Positions 17,638-31,297 of a DNA stretch of 53,123 bases are shown here, piece after piece. The notes below the pieces were generated by a model that was given only the letters and a program-made list of their open reading frames with translations, was not told where the DNA came from and did not search any database. The position numbers and the translations under genes were made by a program. Source of the stretch: a virus (Duplodnaviria; Heunggongvirae; Uroviricota; Caudoviricetes); the IMG/VR virus record IMGVR_UViG_3300037067_027626; one strand, given 5' to 3'. Each line of letters starts with the position of its first letter. Position 1 is the first letter of the stretch.

Positions 17638-18806
17638 AGAAATATGATTTAATAGTGTTCCTTTCAATTTATGCAATAGCTTTTGCTATTGTACTTTATT
17701 ATGGGATTTCGCATAATCCCGTAAATGATGGAGTATGGGAATATTACACTTACCTAGATAATATTACAGAGGGTTGGAAATTTAGATTGAGTAGTGTAAA
17801 TTCCTGTGTTATTACTACTTGGCTTCCTGCGATGGTACAAAGAATAACAGGGTTAGACCAGATGTTTGTTTTTAGGTTAATACCCGCTTTATTTTATCCG
17901 TTGATGCCATCATTCACTTATTTAATTGCAAGGCGTTATGTGAATATCAAGTGTGCGGTACTTTCCTCATTAGTAGTATTATGCTCTGCTTATTTTATTT
18001 ATTTTCCAGATATAGGGCGTGTCGGAGTAGGGATAGCTTTTATGGCTGGAATGATTTGGGCTTTACTTGAAAAGAAAATTGTATGGGCTTTAATCTTTGC
18101 GGTCTTAACTGTGTTTGCTCATTATGCTACAGGATTTATCGCTATAGGAATTGTTGGCTCGGCATGGATTATAAATTTAATTTGGAAACGACAATTATTA
18201 AAACAGTATTCAGTAATATTTTGCGTTTTATTATTGCTTACGGGAGTTTGGCATATTGGTATTGCTAGATATTCAGGCGATGCAATGTTAAGTACCTTAT
18301 TTCAAAAAACTGGAATGGCATATATCCCTAGCGATGATGGTAATTTGTTATCATCTTTAGTTGACTCATCTACCAGAGAGCCAGCAGTTCAAGATGCGTT
18401 ATTAATGAACTTTAAAGAAATGCCCGTTCCTAAGTTAATAGAAATTGCCTCAAATTATTTAATGATAATTATGGTATCTTTAGGATTAATCCTTACGATA
18501 AGAAGAAAAGATATAGATAGACAGTTTAAAATCATGGCTTTATCTTTCTATGGTCTAATAATATTTACCGTGGCTATCCCTTGGCTCTCAGTCTATTATG
18601 GCGGAATGAGGGTTTATTTCACTTCTACGATGTTATTGGCAACTTGCTTCCCAATCGGTTTAGAAAAAATCGCTAAGACAATTCGTATTCCTATGTTATT
18701 ACTAGGAGTGGTGATACTAATTATGTATGCGTTATCAACTTCGGGGATTATTTATTTACCTTTTGGTTTAGAAAAAAACTTTCCTGCGTTTACGATATTA
18801 AAATGA
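17634..18806 (+). CDS. Multi-pass membrane protein, GT-C-like or polymerase-like
   Basis: About 10 TM segments; acidic first loop NDGVWEYY; start moved to ATG 17634 (ATGA overlap). Confidence 0.5.
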   Translation: MKKYDLIVFLSIYAIAFAIVLYYGISHNPVNDGVWEYYTYLDNITEGWKFRLSSVNSCVITTWLPAMVQRITGLDQMFVFRLIPALFYPLMPSFTYLIARRYVNIKCAVLSSLVVLCSAYFIYFPDIGRVGVGIAFMAGMIWALLEKKIVWALIFAVLTVFAHYATGFIAIGIVGSAWIINLIWKRQLLKQYSVIFCVLLLLTGVWHIGIARYSGDAMLSTLFQKTGMAYIPSDDGNLLSSLVDSSTREPAVQDALLMNFKEMPVPKLIEIASNYLMIIMVSLGLILTIRRKDIDRQFKIMALSFYGLIIFTVAIPWLSVYYGGMRVYFTSTMLLATCFPIGLEKIAKTIRIPMLLLGVVILIMYALSTSGIIYLPFGLEKNFPAFTILK

Positions 18807-19161
18807 AAAATATAAAAATGCCGATAGTGGATATAGGTTTGGTTTGGGGGAAGATTGCTAATATATGGGGGCAAGTAGGTATTATAGCCAGCGTAGTTAG
18901 TTTCATAATGACAATAGGAATATTTTATACTACAACAGCCTATCCTAATTGGGGATTACCATTGTGGGCATATTTACTCATTATTATAATAGGGGCAATC
19001 TTTGTTATCGGGTTTATTGTAAAATGGGGAATTTCAGGATATTATAGGTTCTTTTCTAACCAGAGTGCCATAACATCTTTACATAGTAGGATTGATGAGT
19101 TAGAGGGAAAATTAGACCTTATAATGAAACACTTAAATATTCAAAAGGAAGAAAAGAAATA

Positions 19162-19162
<1 letters not shown>
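18803..19162 (+). CDS. 2-TM membrane protein with C-terminal coiled coil
   Basis: Two hydrophobic segments, then LHSRIDELEGKLDLI. Confidence 0.6.
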
Positions 19163-21623
<2,461 letters not shown>

Positions 21624-21627
<4 letters not shown>

Positions 21628-22385
21628 TAAAGGAAATTTATAGGTTCGTGAATCGATTCACTAATGAGTTTATAAATCCCTTACATATAATATATGGTGT
21701 TCTATCCTATGCGAGATATATGAATGACCTATATAAATATCGCAAAATGGAAGGTGCTGAACCAATTAGTATATCTAATATTCACCCCTGTTTATTTGAA
21801 AGAACTGCCACTACGAGTTTTGACGCACATTATTTTTATCAGGATGTTTGGGCGTTCAATAAAATATACGAAAGTAAAGTTAAATCCCATGTTGATGTCG
21901 GGTCAAGAACAATTTATGTTGGTATTCTTTCGACAATTACAAAGGTCACATTTATAGACATTAGACCATTAGAAGCAAAGTTAGAAAACTTGGAATGTAA
22001 AAAGGGCGATATTTTGAATATGCCTTATGAAGATAATTCCGTGCAATCGTTATCCTGTCTGAATATTGCTGAGCATATTGGGCTTGGTAGATACGGAGAG
22101 CCTTTAGACCCATTGGGAACAATAAAAGCAACTAAAGAATTATCGAGGATATTAGCGGTAAATGGGAATCTTTATTTTTCAGTGCCTATAGGGAAGCCAA
22201 AGGTATACTTTAATGCACATCGCAATCATTCTCCGCAACAAATCATAGATTATTTTAGAGGACTTGAATTAAAGGAATTGTCGGCGGTTACAGATGATAA
22301 GGTATTTAAGAAGAACATACCTATTAATATATTAGAAAAATCGAATTATGCTTGTGGATTATTTCATTTTAGGAAAACGAAATGA
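21624..22385 (+). CDS. DUF268-like methyltransferase-fold protein
   Basis: HVDVGSR, IDIRPL, SLSCLNIAEHIGLGRYGEPLDPLG. Confidence 0.8.
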
Positions 22386-23377
22386 ATATAAAAAGGAATA
22401 TTGGGGAAATAATCAGGATAAGCGATAATCTTTTGGGAACTAAGGAATATGAAAAGGGTCATAAACTTAATCTGCCAATTAAGGATTCATCTATATGTTA
22501 TCCCAATTCTGTTTTTAAATTGGAAATGCTGACAATCTCAAAGATTCAGGCTGAGTTTATTGAAGTATTATCTTTATTGCCACTCTCGCAAAAGAAATTG
22601 GATGTTCACTCTTGGGATGCCTATAGGATTCGTGAAGATTGTATAAAAAAACTAGGTAAGTATGGGTTTGAGAACTTTGTAGAACAAATTAAAAGAACGG
22701 TATCTACTAAATGCAAATCACATAATGGTGAGTGCGTATTAATGAATTGCCATTCGTATGTAAAAATAATGGAAGTGATTTATACTGCTTATATTACTAA
22801 TATTCAACCTTCGGATATAGTAATGAACTTAGCTGGCGGGAATACTTATTGGGCTAATGTTTGGCTCGCTAATCAATGCGAGAAACTATATGCGAATGAC
22901 AATGGATTTTATGTTCCAATCCACGATAAAGATAAGCAGGTATTCAATTATAACGAATATCAGAAAGATATATATAAAAAGGTAGAGTTTGCCGACTTTG
23001 ATGCCAGTAAAACATTCCCTTATTCAGATAATATGTTCGATAAAATCGTATCCCATAGTAGCGTAGAGCATATTGATAATTGGGATACCAATGTACTACC
23101 CGAAATTCTAAGGACTTTAAAACCGAAAGGTAAATGCGGGCTTGCTTCTGTTTATCATCCGTTGGGTAGAGAAAATTTAAGTAGAGGACAATCAAGTTGG
23201 TGGACTAATAAAAAATGGGAACGGTTTGTAGGATTACAGGATAAATTGGGCTTTGAAATCATCGGGAATACTGATTATGAATATGGTATGCCTTGGCGAG
23301 CAGAGGAAGATACGGATAATTATAGGTTCAAAGGCTCAGTTTATATCGTGAATTTTATATTCTTCAGGAAAATATAA
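22382..23377 (+). CDS. Divergent SAM-dependent methyltransferase
   Basis: VMNLAGG degenerate motif I, FPYSDNMFDKIVSHSSVEHI, ILRTLKPKG. Confidence 0.72.
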   Translation: MNIKRNIGEIIRISDNLLGTKEYEKGHKLNLPIKDSSICYPNSVFKLEMLTISKIQAEFIEVLSLLPLSQKKLDVHSWDAYRIREDCIKKLGKYGFENFVEQIKRTVSTKCKSHNGECVLMNCHSYVKIMEVIYTAYITNIQPSDIVMNLAGGNTYWANVWLANQCEKLYANDNGFYVPIHDKDKQVFNYNEYQKDIYKKVEFADFDASKTFPYSDNMFDKIVSHSSVEHIDNWDTNVLPEILRTLKPKGKCGLASVYHPLGRENLSRGQSSWWTNKKWERFVGLQDKLGFEIIGNTDYEYGMPWRAEEDTDNYRFKGSVYIVNFIFFRKI

Positions 23378-24453
23378 TGTTAAGTGAATTATCGGGTAAG
23401 GGATTCAGATTACTAGACCGAGTTTATGGTAGGTTTAAGAGTGATTCGATTGAAGTGTTAATGGACAAAGAGATTGAGAAACATATTAAGGTCGGCAAGA
23501 AGATAATTTTATATGTAACGGATAAATATGACTATGGTAATAAGAGTTGGGGTTTAAGTTATACCTATTATAATTGTTATCATACCTTACTGAATATGGA
23601 TTATTCCCTGATATGTTTTGATACCGATAGGATAAAACAAAAGTATGGTAAGGAAATAATGTCTCAAATGCTACGTGAGACTGTTTATTGTTATCAACCA
23701 GATATACTATTCTATTTTCATAGTAATGATTGGATAGACCATGAAATTTGGAAGGAAATATCGGGTTTACCGACAAAGACGATTTATTTTCAGTCAGACG
23801 ACCACCATCAATATGAGAAAACACGTTACATTTGGGAATTATTTAATTTTGTGGTTACTACGGATGAGAAAGGATACGGAAAAAGGACAAAAGAAGGTTT
23901 TAAAAATGTAATATCCAGCCAATATGCTTGTAATCATTTTATGTATAAGAATATGAATTTACCAAGGATTTACGATGTAAGTTTTATGGGTAGATGTTAC
24001 GGAGAAAGACAAAATTTTATCAATACTATAAGAGATAATGGGATTGATATAAAAACATTTGGTATGTGGTGGGGAAAATTAGGTAATAGTAATAGGATTA
24101 CACAGTCGGAATTGTTGAGAATATACAATCAATCTAAAATATCACTTGATTTATCACTTGCCTCAGTTGGAAAGGTATTGGCGGTTAAAGGCAGATGTTT
24201 TGAGGCAACTGGATGTGGAAGTTTGTTGCTTACGGAAGAAACCGATGAAATAAAAGAATATTTTATACCAAATGAAGAAATTGTAACTTATAAAAATGTT
24301 AGTGACGCTACTGAGAAGATTAAGTATTATTTAACGCATGAAGATGAAAGGTTAATAATAGCTAAAAGGGGATATGAGAGAACTTCAAAAGAGCATACAT
24401 GGGAAAAAAGGTTTACGGATATATTTTCCCGTGTTCTTAGTGAGATTAAATAA
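23377..24453 (+). CDS. CgeB-family glycosyltransferase
   Basis: YDVSFMG, YNQSKISL, RCFEATGCGSLLLTE, KIKYYL..EDER..IA..GY, HTWEKR. Confidence 0.88.
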   Translation: MLSELSGKGFRLLDRVYGRFKSDSIEVLMDKEIEKHIKVGKKIILYVTDKYDYGNKSWGLSYTYYNCYHTLLNMDYSLICFDTDRIKQKYGKEIMSQMLRETVYCYQPDILFYFHSNDWIDHEIWKEISGLPTKTIYFQSDDHHQYEKTRYIWELFNFVVTTDEKGYGKRTKEGFKNVISSQYACNHFMYKNMNLPRIYDVSFMGRCYGERQNFINTIRDNGIDIKTFGMWWGKLGNSNRITQSELLRIYNQSKISLDLSLASVGKVLAVKGRCFEATGCGSLLLTEETDEIKEYFIPNEEIVTYKNVSDATEKIKYYLTHEDERLIIAKRGYERTSKEHTWEKRFTDIFSRVLSEIK

Positions 24454-25382
24454 TGAGAGTTGTATTATTCGGGGCTGGCAATAAAGGCACAGCAATCCTT
24501 AATAAACTAATAGAACTGAAACAAGAAGTTGTCGGGGTATTTTATTTAGAAGAAGATGAACACGAAGTAATATGGTATGAAAAAATTAAAGATGTAGCAA
24601 GTAGATATAATATACCTTATAGTTTTGGTATTCCTATAATTATTAATCAAACATTAAGAGATTGGAATCCCGATGTCATATTTGTAGTAGGGTGGAGATA
24701 TAAAATTACCAAAGAACAATACTCTATACCACCTAAAGGAACTATAGTGTTCCATGATTCCTTATTACCTAAGTATCGAGGGTTCGCTCCGATGAATTGG
24801 GCAATAATCAATGGAGAAACTAAAACTGGTGCGACAATGTTTTATATTGCCGATGAAATAGACAATGGGGATATTATTGCACAGAAATCTATAAATATTA
24901 CTGAAGAAGATGATGTTAAAACATTAGATGGGAAAATTACGCAACTATATCTGATGTTACTAGAGGGAAATTTATTTAGAGTTGAAAGTATTAATATATT
25001 AACTGGTCGGATTGGTAAACCTCAAAATCACAGCGAAGCGACTTATTGTTGTAAGCGTATTCCCGAAGACGGATTAATTGATTGGAATAAATCAGCGGCA
25101 AAAATACATAACTTGATTCGTGGATTAACATACCCATATCCTTGTGCCTATTCTTACCTTAATGGGCAAAAAATAATGATATTAAAATCTACTTTAGTGG
25201 ATTGTAATAAAAACTATGTAGGTTATATATGTGGGAGAGTGACAGAAATTATGAAAGGGAAAGGCGTGAAGGTATTAACTGGAGATGGCGAAATTATAAT
25301 AGAAAAAATCATGTGGGATAATAAAATTGTCGTGACCGATGAAGTAGTAAAGAGTATAAAAGCGACATTTAGGAGTAATTAA
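24453..25382 (+). CDS. Sugar N-formyltransferase (Fmt/ArnA-like)
   Basis: FHDSLLPKYRGFAPMNWAIINGE, DNGDIIAQ, IDWNKSA..IHNLIRGL..PYP.A. Confidence 0.9.
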   Translation: MRVVLFGAGNKGTAILNKLIELKQEVVGVFYLEEDEHEVIWYEKIKDVASRYNIPYSFGIPIIINQTLRDWNPDVIFVVGWRYKITKEQYSIPPKGTIVFHDSLLPKYRGFAPMNWAIINGETKTGATMFYIADEIDNGDIIAQKSINITEEDDVKTLDGKITQLYLMLLEGNLFRVESINILTGRIGKPQNHSEATYCCKRIPEDGLIDWNKSAAKIHNLIRGLTYPYPCAYSYLNGQKIMILKSTLVDCNKNYVGYICGRVTEIMKGKGVKVLTGDGEIIIEKIMWDNKIVVTDEVVKSIKATFRSN

Positions 25383-26405
25383 TTGAAGACTATCTTTTTG
25401 ACGGGAGGATGCGGTTTCATTGGTAGTAATTTTGTGAAGTACCTATTTGATAATTACGATTATAAAATTATTGTTCTTGATGCGTTGACTTATGCCAGTT
25501 GTTTAGATAATATTCCGCAGAATATAAAAAACGATTCACGCTTTGAATTTTGGTTTGGTAATATTCGTAGTTCCGACTTAGTAAATAAGTTAATGGCAAA
25601 GTCAGATGTTGTTGTTCATATGGCTGCGGAGTCTCATATCACACGTTCAATATTCGATAATGTAATCTTCTACGAAACGGATGTGTTAGGTACGCAATCA
25701 GTAGCCAATGCGGTATTAAACAATCCTAACATAGAACGGTTCATACATATTTCTACTTCCGAGGTATATGGTACAGCATTGGAAATACCCATGACTGAAA
25801 CTCATCCTTTATATCCGAAAACACCTTACGCAAGTGCTAAGGCAGGTGCGGACAGGCTAGTCTACTCATATTGGGCAACGTATAATATACCAGCAATTAT
25901 AATTAGATTCTTTAACGCTTATGGGCAAAATCAACATCTTGAGAAAGTTATTCCGAGATTTATAACAAGTGCCTTACTTGATAAGCCATTAACCATTCAT
26001 GGGTCAGGTGAATATACAAGGGATTGGAATTATGTCGGGGATTTATGCCAAGCATTAGATAGAGTGTTGCATATAAGTTTGGATAAAGTAAATGGGCAAG
26101 TTTTCAATATTGGTACTGGCAAAGATACTTCTATAAAAACGATTGCAGAAATGATATTAGATAAATTGCACAAACCGAAATCCTTGATAACTTATATGGG
26201 CGAAAGACTTGGGCAAGTGGATAGGCACATATCTTCTACGGATAAAGCGTTAGAAGTGGTAGGATGGAAAGCCGAAACTGATTTTAATTCGGGGTTAGAT
26301 AAAACTTTAAGATGGTATATGAATAATTATGATTGGTGGCAGAAATTATTGTGGATGAAATCAGTTGCCACTATAAATAAAGATGGGAAAACGGAATTAT
26401 ATTAA
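25383..26405 (+). CDS. dTDP-glucose 4,6-dehydratase-like SDR
   Basis: TGGCGFIGSNFV, DALTYA, HMAAESH, STSEVYG, TPYASAK, QHLEKVIPRFI. Confidence 0.9.
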   Translation: MKTIFLTGGCGFIGSNFVKYLFDNYDYKIIVLDALTYASCLDNIPQNIKNDSRFEFWFGNIRSSDLVNKLMAKSDVVVHMAAESHITRSIFDNVIFYETDVLGTQSVANAVLNNPNIERFIHISTSEVYGTALEIPMTETHPLYPKTPYASAKAGADRLVYSYWATYNIPAIIIRFFNAYGQNQHLEKVIPRFITSALLDKPLTIHGSGEYTRDWNYVGDLCQALDRVLHISLDKVNGQVFNIGTGKDTSIKTIAEMILDKLHKPKSLITYMGERLGQVDRHISSTDKALEVVGWKAETDFNSGLDKTLRWYMNNYDWWQKLLWMKSVATINKDGKTELY

Positions 26406-27520
26406 TGAAAGTCGAATTTTATAAACACAACATTGAGCAAATGGACATTGATAATGTAGTTAGTGTCTTACATTCCACATTTTTAACTACGGGTGATAAG
26501 GTAGCAGAATTTGAGAAGAAGTTTGCGGAATATATTGGATGTAAATATGTTGTCGGGTTAACGAGTTGCACAGGTGCTTTGCATTTATCTTTATTAGCTT
26601 TAGGTATAAGTCATGGCGATGAGGTAATTACAACTCCAATGACCTTTGTAGCAACGGCTAATTCAATTATTGAAGCGGGGGCAAAACCTATATTTGTCGA
26701 TGTAGAATCGGATACAGGGAATATAAATGCTGATTTAATCGAAAGTGTTATAACGCCAAGAACAAAAGCTATAATGCCAGTACATTTGTATGGTCAGTTG
26801 TGTGAAATGGATAAAATACAATATGTTGCTAACAAATATGGGTTATTTGTTATTGAGGATGCCGCTCATGCTATAGAAGCATCTCGTAATGGTATTAGAG
26901 TTGGGGAAATAGGGGATGCAACTTGTTTTAGTCATTACGTTACGAAAACTTTGCAATGTGGCGAGGGTGGTTCGGTTGCTATGAACAATCAAGAGACAGC
27001 CAATAATATACGTAAAATGAGACATCATGGAATAAGTACCAATGCCTCTGAAAGATACACGAAAAAATATGAGCATTGGGACATGGATATATTCGGTTGG
27101 AAATACAATATGGACAATATTAAGGCAGCATTGCTCATAAACCAAATAAATAGATTAGACGAATATTTAAAAAGACGTGAAGAAATCTGCCAGAAATACG
27201 AAAAGGCATTTGCTGATACTTCAATTAAGTTTCTAACAGTATTACCGAAATCTAAATCGGCACGTTTAATGTTTACTATATTGGTTGATGACCGTGATAA
27301 TGTAATGCATAAACTTCAAGAAAAAGGTATCGGTGTAGCGGTGAACTATCGAGCAATACACTTATTAACTTATTATAGTGAAACTTACGGTTATAAGAGA
27401 GGCGATTATCCGATTGCAGAAGGTATAGGTGATAGAACTATTACACTTCCCTTATACCCAAAACTTACGAATGAAGAAGTGGAATATGTAATTCAATCGG
27501 TTAAAGAGGTAGTATGTTAG
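26405..27520 (+). CDS. DegT/DnrJ/EryC1/StrS PLP-dependent sugar aminotransferase
   Basis: SCTGALHL, GDEVITTPMTFVATA, PVHLYG, IEDAAHA, SHYVTKTLQCGEGG, TLPLYP. Confidence 0.95.
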   Translation: MKVEFYKHNIEQMDIDNVVSVLHSTFLTTGDKVAEFEKKFAEYIGCKYVVGLTSCTGALHLSLLALGISHGDEVITTPMTFVATANSIIEAGAKPIFVDVESDTGNINADLIESVITPRTKAIMPVHLYGQLCEMDKIQYVANKYGLFVIEDAAHAIEASRNGIRVGEIGDATCFSHYVTKTLQCGEGGSVAMNNQETANNIRKMRHHGISTNASERYTKKYEHWDMDIFGWKYNMDNIKAALLINQINRLDEYLKRREEICQKYEKAFADTSIKFLTVLPKSKSARLMFTILVDDRDNVMHKLQEKGIGVAVNYRAIHLLTYYSETYGYKRGDYPIAEGIGDRTITLPLYPKLTNEEVEYVIQSVKEVVC

Positions 27521-28320
27521 TCAGTGTGATTTTACCCACATATAATCGCTCTAAATTATTGAAGCGGTCTATAGAAAGTGTATTATGTCAATCTTTTACT
27601 GATTATGAACTCATTATTGTGGATGATTGTTCTAAGGATGATACCTCACAAATAGTATCTCAATTTAAAGATGAAAGAATAAAGTATATAAAAATAGATA
27701 AAAATTCTGGTGGTTCTTTAATTCCACGAAAAGTAGGGTTTAAATATTCAAGTGGTAAATATATTGCAACATTGGATGATGATGATTATTGGTTAGATAA
27801 AAGTAAATTAGGTTTACAGGTATTTTACTTTGAAAATCATCCAGAGTGTGTATTGATAGGTACGGATGCTATAGCTGTGAATGGAAATGGTAGCATACTC
27901 GCTCGCCATCATTATGCGAAGTCATTCGATGAAATAAAAGAAAAAATGTTTGTTTTGAACTGTTTTTTCCATTCAAGTGTTATGTATAAGAAAGAAACAT
28001 TCTTAAATATTGGGGGGTATCCAATAATAGAAGATGGATGTTATTCTAATTTTGCTAATGAATATGATTTATGGCTGAAGATGGGAACTATCGGGGAATT
28101 AATAAATCTTCCTATTTATGGTGTGGGATATACGTATTCATACAAACAAATGAGTTTTAAGGCAAGAATGGGATTGATGTTATTAACCATGAGAACGAGA
28201 AGTAAGTATAAGAAATATTATCCGCATTATTTACGTGATGGGATTATATTTAACTTTATTCTTACGATGTTTGAGTTGCCTCTATTGATTAAGATAAAAA
28301 GAATTATACGAGGATATTAA
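27514..28320 (+). CDS. Glycosyltransferase family 2
   Basis: VSVILPTYNR, IVDDCSKD, LDDDD (DxD), EYDLWLK. Confidence 0.92.
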   Translation: MLVSVILPTYNRSKLLKRSIESVLCQSFTDYELIIVDDCSKDDTSQIVSQFKDERIKYIKIDKNSGGSLIPRKVGFKYSSGKYIATLDDDDYWLDKSKLGLQVFYFENHPECVLIGTDAIAVNGNGSILARHHYAKSFDEIKEKMFVLNCFFHSSVMYKKETFLNIGGYPIIEDGCYSNFANEYDLWLKMGTIGELINLPIYGVGYTYSYKQMSFKARMGLMLLTMRTRSKYKKYYPHYLRDGIIFNFILTMFELPLLIKIKRIIRGY

Positions 28321-28382
28321 AATGAAAGCCTTTCAGGTAGTTAAACAAATACATAAAATTGGCGTTCCGTTGGGGGGTTAAC

Positions 28383-29363
28383 GTGGTTAATTTTGAAAAC
28401 AAAGTAATATTAGTGACAGGGGCAACTGGTAGTTTTGGAACTCAATTTATAACCCAATTAAAGGATAGTGGGGCAAAAAAAATAGTAGTTTATAGTCGGG
28501 ATGAACTTAAACAATTTGATATGTCTGTTAAATTCAAAGAATTCCCCATAGAAATAGAATATATCGTGGGTGATATTAGAGATAGAGATAAGATGTTTTC
28601 ATCCATGAAAGGTATAAATTATGTAGCACACGCCGCAGCGTTGAAACAAGTTCCTACAGGTGAGAATTTTCCTAGTGAGGTAATACAAACAAATATCATT
28701 GGTACGAAAAATGTAGTAGATGCAGCGAGTTATTGTGAGGTAGAACGCCTGGTTTCGTTATCCACCGATAAAGCGGCTTATCCAATCTCTTGTTATGGGG
28801 CTACGAAACTAATTTCTGAGCGTATAGTTATGTCACAAAAGAGTGATACGATTAATGTATGCCTTAGATATGGTAATGTACTTGGTTCTCGTGGTTCAGT
28901 AATACCCCTCTGGAACAACCAAATTGAGAATCATTTGCCTATAACTATAACCTCACCCCTTATGACTCGTTTTTTTCTTTCGCTTTCCCAAGCGATACGA
29001 TTGGTTTACAGATGCTTTGATGCTTGTAATGGGGATTTAATTGTAATGAAACCACCTGCTACCTCAATAAAGACATTAGTATCAACTTTTGAATTAAAAT
29101 ATGGCTCATTGGCTCAGACCGTAATTGGAATAAGACCAGGCGAGAAACTACATGAAACATTACTCACTTCGGATGAAGTAGCGAGAGGCGCAGAAGAACA
29201 AGATGGTGATATTACGTATGTTAGAGTTCCCAAGAATAGTAATCAAAATTATTTTGATAAAGGCGATAGAGATGTTGAACCCAAAGATTTTACATCTCTT
29301 GATGCCAAACAATTAAATGCAGAACAAGTATTAGAAAAATTGAGAGAGGCTAATTTATTATGA
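28383..29363 (+). CDS. UDP-GlcNAc 4,6-dehydratase/epimerase (FnlA/CapE/PseB family)
   Basis: TGATGSFG, SRDELKQ, HAAALKQVP, STDKAAYP, RYGNVLGSRGSVIP, GIRPGEKLHE; GTG 28383 preferred start. Confidence 0.92.
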   Translation: MVNFENKVILVTGATGSFGTQFITQLKDSGAKKIVVYSRDELKQFDMSVKFKEFPIEIEYIVGDIRDRDKMFSSMKGINYVAHAAALKQVPTGENFPSEVIQTNIIGTKNVVDAASYCEVERLVSLSTDKAAYPISCYGATKLISERIVMSQKSDTINVCLRYGNVLGSRGSVIPLWNNQIENHLPITITSPLMTRFFLSLSQAIRLVYRCFDACNGDLIVMKPPATSIKTLVSTFELKYGSLAQTVIGIRPGEKLHETLLTSDEVARGAEEQDGDITYVRVPKNSNQNYFDKGDRDVEPKDFTSLDAKQLNAEQVLEKLREANLL

Positions 29364-30031
29364 AGGTTGGCATTACAGGTTGGAGAGGCTTTATAGGCTC
29401 TAAATTAAAAGATAAAATAGAAAATCCCATATTATTTGATGGGGATTTAAGGGATTTAAGTAAAGTAAAACTGTTTGTAAAAGAGTGCGATAGGATTTAT
29501 CACGTAGCAGGATTGAATAGAGATAAAGAAGGAAAGATATTAGCCAATAATATAATTTCCACAGGTAATCTTATACTTGCCTCTAAAATGGTGCAAAAAG
29601 ATATTGACTTAATATTCCTGTCATCGAAACAAATTTATTGGAACGCAAATTCAGAGTATGGCACAACAAAACAAATTGAGGAATCTATTGCAAAGATGGC
29701 TTGCAGATGGTGTATCTACAGAATACCCAATGTTTACGGAACAGGCTGTAAGCCTTTTTATAATTCAGTTGTCGCTACATTCGCTTATCAGTTATCGCAT
29801 AATCAGAAAGTAACGGTGAAAGATTCTAATGTAACTAGGGAATTTGTTTATGTGGATGATTTAATAAATGAATTGCTCAAACCCTCATTCCAAAATGTCA
29901 TTGATGTAAGGGGAGAGGTATTAACGATAGGTGAGATATATGGGTATTTGACTAATCAGTTAGGACAACATGAGAAATTATATAAATGCATGGAATATTA
30001 TAAAAATAAAGAGATAGAGCATGTTAGTTAA
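29360..30031 (+). CDS. Short SDR, FnlB/CapF N-terminal reductase-like domain; last 32 codons are the apparent replacement segment
   Basis: TGWRGFIG, YGTTK, RIPNVYGTGCKPFYNSVVATFAYQL is the CapF/FnlB signature; no C-terminal cupin. Confidence 0.85.
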   Translation: MKVGITGWRGFIGSKLKDKIENPILFDGDLRDLSKVKLFVKECDRIYHVAGLNRDKEGKILANNIISTGNLILASKMVQKDIDLIFLSSKQIYWNANSEYGTTKQIEESIAKMACRWCIYRIPNVYGTGCKPFYNSVVATFAYQLSHNQKVTVKDSNVTREFVYVDDLINELLKPSFQNVIDVRGEVLTIGEIYGYLTNQLGQHEKLYKCMEYYKNKEIEHVS

Positions 30032-31297
30032 TCAATCATTTAAATATGAATTGAAGCCAAATAATAAACAGATAGGTTTATTATTTAAATGTTGTGGTGT
30101 AGCTAGATTTGCCTATAATTGGGGTCTTGCTCAACGCAAAGAAATATATAAAATAAAAAAAGGGAAAGAAAGGTTGACTAATGCAACAAAACAATTTAGG
30201 GAACTTAATGCATTAAAGAAAACTATGTTTCCTTGGATGTATGAAGTTTCAAAATATGTTCCACAGTCGGCACTGAAGGATTTAGACCAAGCATATTCTA
30301 ATTTGTATAGACGGGTTAGAAACCACGAAAGAAAAATAGGTAAGCCAAAGTTTAAGAAGAAAGGATTACATGATAGTTTTAGGATAGTTAATAATAGTAC
30401 TAATCAAAAACAAGTAATAAAAGATATCAGGATAGAAAATGATTCCATTCGTATTTCTAAAATAGGTTTTATTCGTACTAAAGAATCAGTATCTAAATTA
30501 AAGGGTAGAATATTAAATGTAACTATTAGTCGTGAGGCAGATAAATGGTTTTGCTCTTTATGTGTAGAATTAGATAGACCTAGTCCGCAACAGGTACGAG
30601 GTGAAATTATTGGGATAGATTTGGGGATAAACTGTTTTGCGACAATATCAAGTGGAAATAAAATCGTGACTATCTATTCGCCAAAGCCATTACGTAAGAG
30701 AATTAAGAAATTAAAACACTTACACCGAAGGTTAAATAATAAGCATGAGGGTTCTAGTAATCGTAAAAAAGCACAATTAAGATTAGCTATATTGTACAAG
30801 AGAATTAAGAATATCCGCAAAGATTTTATATCAAAAGAGACTTCTGAACTGGCGAAAACCAAGTCAGTTATTGTTATTGAGGATTTGAATGTCTCTGGTA
30901 TGCTTAAAAATCATCGTTTAGCAAGGTCGATAGGCGATGAAGGATGGGGTGAATTTAGGAGAATGCTTGAATACAAAACACAATGGTATGGTTCTAAGTT
31001 GATTAAAATACCACGATTTGAACCTAGTTCTAAACGCTGTAATCACTGTGGTGAAATAAACCATGATTTAAAGTTGAGTGATAGAATATGGGTATGTTTG
31101 AATTGTGGTATAGTAAACGAGCGTGACCCGAATGCCGCCCATAATATCAGAGACAAGGGAATAGAACTTTTAGATACCGATAGTTTGTCGGAACTTCAAG
31201 CCTGTGGAGTTGATGTAAGACCATCACAACGGATGGCAGTTGACAATGAAGCAGGAATTAAACGCATTTTATATAAATGATAAGATTTAAGGAACGG
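29933..31297 (+). mobile_element. Solo tnpB cassette 2 (IS607-like) whose left part encodes the host gene C-terminus
   Basis: GG at 29930-29931 before the junction; right end ...GAAGCAGGAA...GGAACGG ending 31297; no serine-recombinase tnpA; flanked by two homologous copies of the SDR tail. Confidence 0.78.
30021..31280 (+). CDS. tnpB: RNA-guided endonuclease TnpB (IS607-associated type)
   Basis: ARFAYNWGL, FPWMYEVSK; RuvC GIDLG, IEDL, RDPNAAHNI; Zn finger CNHCG/CLNCG. Confidence 0.96.
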   Translation: MLVNQSFKYELKPNNKQIGLLFKCCGVARFAYNWGLAQRKEIYKIKKGKERLTNATKQFRELNALKKTMFPWMYEVSKYVPQSALKDLDQAYSNLYRRVRNHERKIGKPKFKKKGLHDSFRIVNNSTNQKQVIKDIRIENDSIRISKIGFIRTKESVSKLKGRILNVTISREADKWFCSLCVELDRPSPQQVRGEIIGIDLGINCFATISSGNKIVTIYSPKPLRKRIKKLKHLHRRLNNKHEGSSNRKKAQLRLAILYKRIKNIRKDFISKETSELAKTKSVIVIEDLNVSGMLKNHRLARSIGDEGWGEFRRMLEYKTQWYGSKLIKIPRFEPSSKRCNHCGEINHDLKLSDRIWVCLNCGIVNERDPNAAHNIRDKGIELLDTDSLSELQACGVDVRPSQRMAVDNEAGIKRILYK

